IMG/VR virus record: IMGVR_UViG_2529292751_000001
Coordinates: 61,735 to 125,734 of that record
From: a virus
Lineage: Duplodnaviria > Heunggongvirae > Uroviricota > Caudoviricetes
Length of the DNA stretch: 64,000 nucleotides
Reading direction: 5' to 3' (one strand)
The position numbers were made by a program, and so were the translations under genes. How positions within the stretch are numbered: the stretch's first letter is position 1; every line of letters starts with the position of its first letter. The notes under the pieces were generated by a model. The model was not told the origin of the DNA. It saw only the letters and a list, made by a program, of their open reading frames with translations, and made no database searches. Shown here piece by piece: positions 62,201 to 64,000 of this stretch.

Positions 62201-63850
62201 AGTAATTGTCGCCCATTCTTTCTTTAATTGTTGCTTTTCAATCGGAGTTGCTTTATTGTCGTTTGACATATCAGCAATTGCATTTTTGCTCGCTGTAGCT
62301 TTCTCATCAACGCCAGTAAATAGATTTTGAATATCTCCAGATGAAATTGTCCAATCCATTGGCTTATTACCTTTGTATAGAGCGACCCAATCTACCGTAG
62401 ATGCAGTAGTATTACTTGGATAGTTATAAAGACCTAATGTCTTTGTGTGGCTTCCTGCAGGAGTTACAGCTTTAAATGTTACATATGTCACACCGTCAGC
62501 GTATTTTGTCGTTGCATAACCAACGTTATTTGCCCCACCATTCATCCAAATACCAAACTTCTGACCTGCAGGAACAGTTCCTTTAATTACAAAGGTATAT
62601 TCTTGACCTGCAACCCAATTCTCAGTCAATGTATACGTAGCTATCTGATACTCAGTAGTCGAATAATCTGCATGAGAATTTAATAGTAAGTTGTTGCCAC
62701 CAATAGACATATTATCAATGGCGTTTTGACTATCTTGAGCTTTCTTGTTAACTTCAGAAAGCAACTTATCATAATCCTCAGGGGCTAAAGTGAAATCAGT
62801 TTTTCTATTACCTTTTTCGAGTTGCATTCTCTTAATAAAGAAGTCAACCCCAGACACAACTGCTGTCGTATAGAAGATAGCCGTTCCATTCCCTGCTCCA
62901 GTCCCTTTGAATGTATGAGAATATTCTCTCCAAGTAGTATCAACGTCTACTGTTTTAACATCAAGACTCTCTGCGCCAATTTGTAGTTTATGACTTCCAG
63001 TGCTTGCCTTCATCATTACGCTAACTGTATATTCTTGGTCTTTTTCAAACACTCTGGTAGCAGAAACACCGCCACCTAATCTTTGATATATGCCTGCTCG
63101 ACCTGCACCGCTATTCGGAGTAAACTTGAAAGCTTTGTCTTCGCCATCATCTACAACTGCTGTTTGAGCCACATTTGAATACCAATTAGTAGCTCCTTGC
63201 AGTAGCCCTGCATTTAGGAATATGTTTCTGCCACCAAATGAAATGTTATTAATCATCTCATCAATGTCCTCTTGAGCCAATGTAAAGTCTGTGACTACGT
63301 TACCAAGTTCCCCTTTTACATTTCTGATTTTAAACGTAACAGGCGTACCACTATTATTAACTAATCCAATGTTAGATTGGTCATATAGGTCGGTGTTTGA
63401 ATTATCTTTGTTCTTCCAAGTAAACCAACATTTCGTCCATGTATTAGCCTTTAGACTCTTACTAGAAGTTTTCCTCATTGCAATATCATCATTATCATTC
63501 GTTGTAGATGTGCCAGTAACAGGAAAGTTATTTACATCAGCATTCCAATTGGCATCAATAGGAGAATAGATTTCAAAGCTAATTGTAAACCAACTTCCAA
63601 TTGGGACTACAGATGTTTTATCAGTTATTCTTACACCTGCTCCCCATGAACCCCCTGCCCCGCTATTGGCAGTTAAAGTCCAAGTATTTGTAGCCTCATC
63701 ATATGACGAAGATGCTACATTGATAGGAGTTATCTGCTTCTTTCTAATGATGTTTTTCATACCAAATTGCATTCCATCAATCTGATTCTTAGCATCAGCA
63801 CCTGCATTAACTTTGCTTTGCATAGAAGGGTCTAAACTCTGGAATGTCAC
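59207..63850 (-). CDS. giant modular tail fiber / receptor-binding protein with a C-terminal intramolecular-chaperone (peptidase S74-like) domain; the N-terminus may extend beyond the window
   Basis: C-terminus ...SSRDYKKNISHFGGSALDIINASKARLYHYN...YGMTTLAWKAIQEL typical of tail-spike autoproteolytic chaperone domains; the frame stays open upstream of the GTG at 63850 for the 13 codons checked. Confidence 0.7.
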   Translation of the reverse strand: MTFQSLDPSMQSKVNAGADAKNQIDGMQFGMKNIIRKKQITPINVASSSYDEATNTWTLTANSGAGGSWGAGVRITDKTSVVPIGSWFTISFEIYSPIDANWNADVNNFPVTGTSTTNDNDDIAMRKTSSKSLKANTWTKCWFTWKNKDNSNTDLYDQSNIGLVNNSGTPVTFKIRNVKGELGNVVTDFTLAQEDIDEMINNISFGGRNIFLNAGLLQGATNWYSNVAQTAVVDDGEDKAFKFTPNSGAGRAGIYQRLGGGVSATRVFEKDQEYTVSVMMKASTGSHKLQIGAESLDVKTVDVDTTWREYSHTFKGTGAGNGTAIFYTTAVVSGVDFFIKRMQLEKGNRKTDFTLAPEDYDKLLSEVNKKAQDSQNAIDNMSIGGNNLLLNSHADYSTTEYQIATYTLTENWVAGQEYTFVIKGTVPAGQKFGIWMNGGANNVGYATTKYADGVTYVTFKAVTPAGSHTKTLGLYNYPSNTTASTVDWVALYKGNKPMDWTISSGDIQNLFTGVDEKATASKNAIADMSNDNKATPIEKQQLKKEWATITAEKPNYEALANTYGVTTEKTNYINAYNALNTAISPIISNASITSDINGSTFRNTFDDYYDKQSQLVKKINELARSIGTSAESKAQSAQNSIADMSSDSKITPVEKVQLKKEWAVMVAEKPQFEALANGFGVTGEKNNYVNAYNTLNTVLNGSGGILTNMTTTSSVTGATFRAQFDDYYDRKSQLVRKINELSRILTQGLNGKVLYSDPMFRNGLNDVKVYNNSANSNVTINRVAKPSDAPTNSTHVLEVKSLALPISPSYGGFSFQTMSRANAIFVTRIVAKIPVGSKLVFASNSTGTGGKSEWLTPVAGTGKWEEYLFRLECGSTGTFSSTNFFNIEGGTLPLTWHIAYATVIDATDYDYSITDMSNDNKLTPLEKQQLKKEWATISAEKPQYEALSNTFGITTEKTNYVNSYNTLNTLLSPLISNITTTSDVNGQTFRNTFDDYYDKKAQLVRKINELSRSIGTGADAKAQEVKNSIADMSSDSKITPVEKVQLKKEWAVMASEKPQYEVLATTYGIGAEKTNFVNAYNTLNTVLNGTGGILTNMTTTSAVTGATFRGQFDDYYDKKSQLVKVINEKAKSLADSAQGTANGVNNTIKPWIFPNKTTINGAQIETGSVKAVQIDVANLFANTAFINNLKAQTVSADKLVGGTIKGIRYESINASNSSIKLVLEGNSIKSYGAMDTTAKKQNYAEMKDGGISVFEMAESGSPFGDKKAYLEPARFNAQQGSRSSAFEPSELRFWVPNMTGTVTFDVTSSDGGNGYGLRLEGQSGILVKNKNGTQYASIQFEPSASIFFDGFGNIKGGAYAGSDATWSIKDADGRLRYLTGIGKGSSQTTEYASYGGGHAFSHNNERIFAIWKQGDANYVQQFAGQGIIKWQKNQGRFEFRNGDDTNWSRVAGIVENASSRDYKKNISHFGGSALDIINASKARLYHYNNQDDSEKLNIGLIAEEAPQLVQGRDGKSVDGYGMTTLAWKAIQELSEQVKYLNEKINNK
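60450..62300 (-). repeat. internal protein-coding repeats in the fiber gene: two (A-B) pairs of ~105-120-aa units (DMSNDNK..TP.EKQQLKKEWA... / IADMSSDSKITPVEKVQLKKEWAVM...)
   Basis: near-identical DNA blocks at ~62290-61990, 61960-61630, 61120-60820 and 60780-60450. Confidence 0.8.
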
Positions 63851-64000
63851 CGCACCAGTAATATCAAGATGTTTACCAAGGATTTTAACGCCTTCCTCAC
63901 TAGCATTAATAGAAGTTTTTACATTCCCCTTTTTAACAACGTTGACAGCAACCTCTTCAGCAGTTTGTTTAATTTGAGTTCCTTGAGATTCAACAGTTGT

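Noticed and set aside
2450-63569. Antisense or embedded ORFs from the six-frame track (for example 2450-2686, 2876-3079, 4254-4538, 6287-6541, 6592-6921, 16218-16523, 33944-34276, and the + strand ORFs inside the 47944-55476 and 59207-63850 genes)
   Set aside because: They lie fully inside well-supported genes on the opposite strand, lack SDs, and have low-complexity translations. Judged non-coding.
1-64000. tRNA genes, CRISPR arrays, rRNA
   Set aside because: No cloverleaf-compatible segments seen in the few non-coding stretches; no regularly spaced direct repeats with spacers; no rRNA-like sequence.

Overview
This window is a ~64 kb stretch of a temperate, low-GC (~35 %) tailed phage or prophage of a Firmicute, most likely a Bacillus phage of the SPbeta-like type. 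No host housekeeping genes are visible. The left half (1-35 kb, + strand) is an early/middle module for DNA replication and nucleotide metabolism. It encodes a DnaB-like helicase, a DnaG-like primase, thymidine kinase, a Cas4-like PD-(D/E)XK nuclease, a DnaE-like PolIII alpha subunit, dUTPase, a RecD-like helicase and a class Ib ribonucleotide reductase operon (NrdI-NrdE-NrdF plus an NrdH-like redoxin). It also encodes a DHH/DHHA1 phosphoesterase, a GatB/YqeY protein followed by an ATP-dependent (RNA) ligase, an SPFH protein, RusA, and many small ORFs. The small ORFs include a cluster of zinc-ribbon proteins at 17-19.5 kb driven by sigma-A promoters. The centre (35-38.2 kb) is an accessory 'moron' region. 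It holds a MazF/PemK-type toxin-antitoxin pair, a terminator-bounded non-transcribed repeat-rich region, an Xre regulator with a divergent small gene, and a Rap-Phr quorum-sensing cassette. The right half (38.2-64 kb, - strand) is the late module. It contains a lysis cassette (PGRP-type amidase, a PQ-loop-like holin candidate, a YiiX/permuted-papain peptidase), tail fiber and receptor-binding proteins, and a tail protein with an HExxH metallopeptidase motif. It also contains a 2510-aa tape measure protein, a tyrosine recombinase embedded in the tail operon, a second holin of the Phage_holin_4_1 type, and a >1547-aa modular tail fiber with internal repeats and a C-terminal intramolecular chaperone. 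The most striking feature is a near-invariant 20-nt element, TTAAACAAAAGTATTGCAGA, present in at least 23 copies. Every copy is intergenic and co-oriented with the downstream gene, and ends a few nt before that gene's Shine-Dalgarno sequence. At four loci it is paired with a degenerate copy on the other side of a sigma-A promoter. The element is absent from the moron region and from the early zinc-ribbon cluster. I suspect it is either a genome-wide operator for a phage master repressor (compare SPbeta MrpR/SPBRE) or a phage-specific promoter or RNA element. No tRNA genes or CRISPR arrays were seen.
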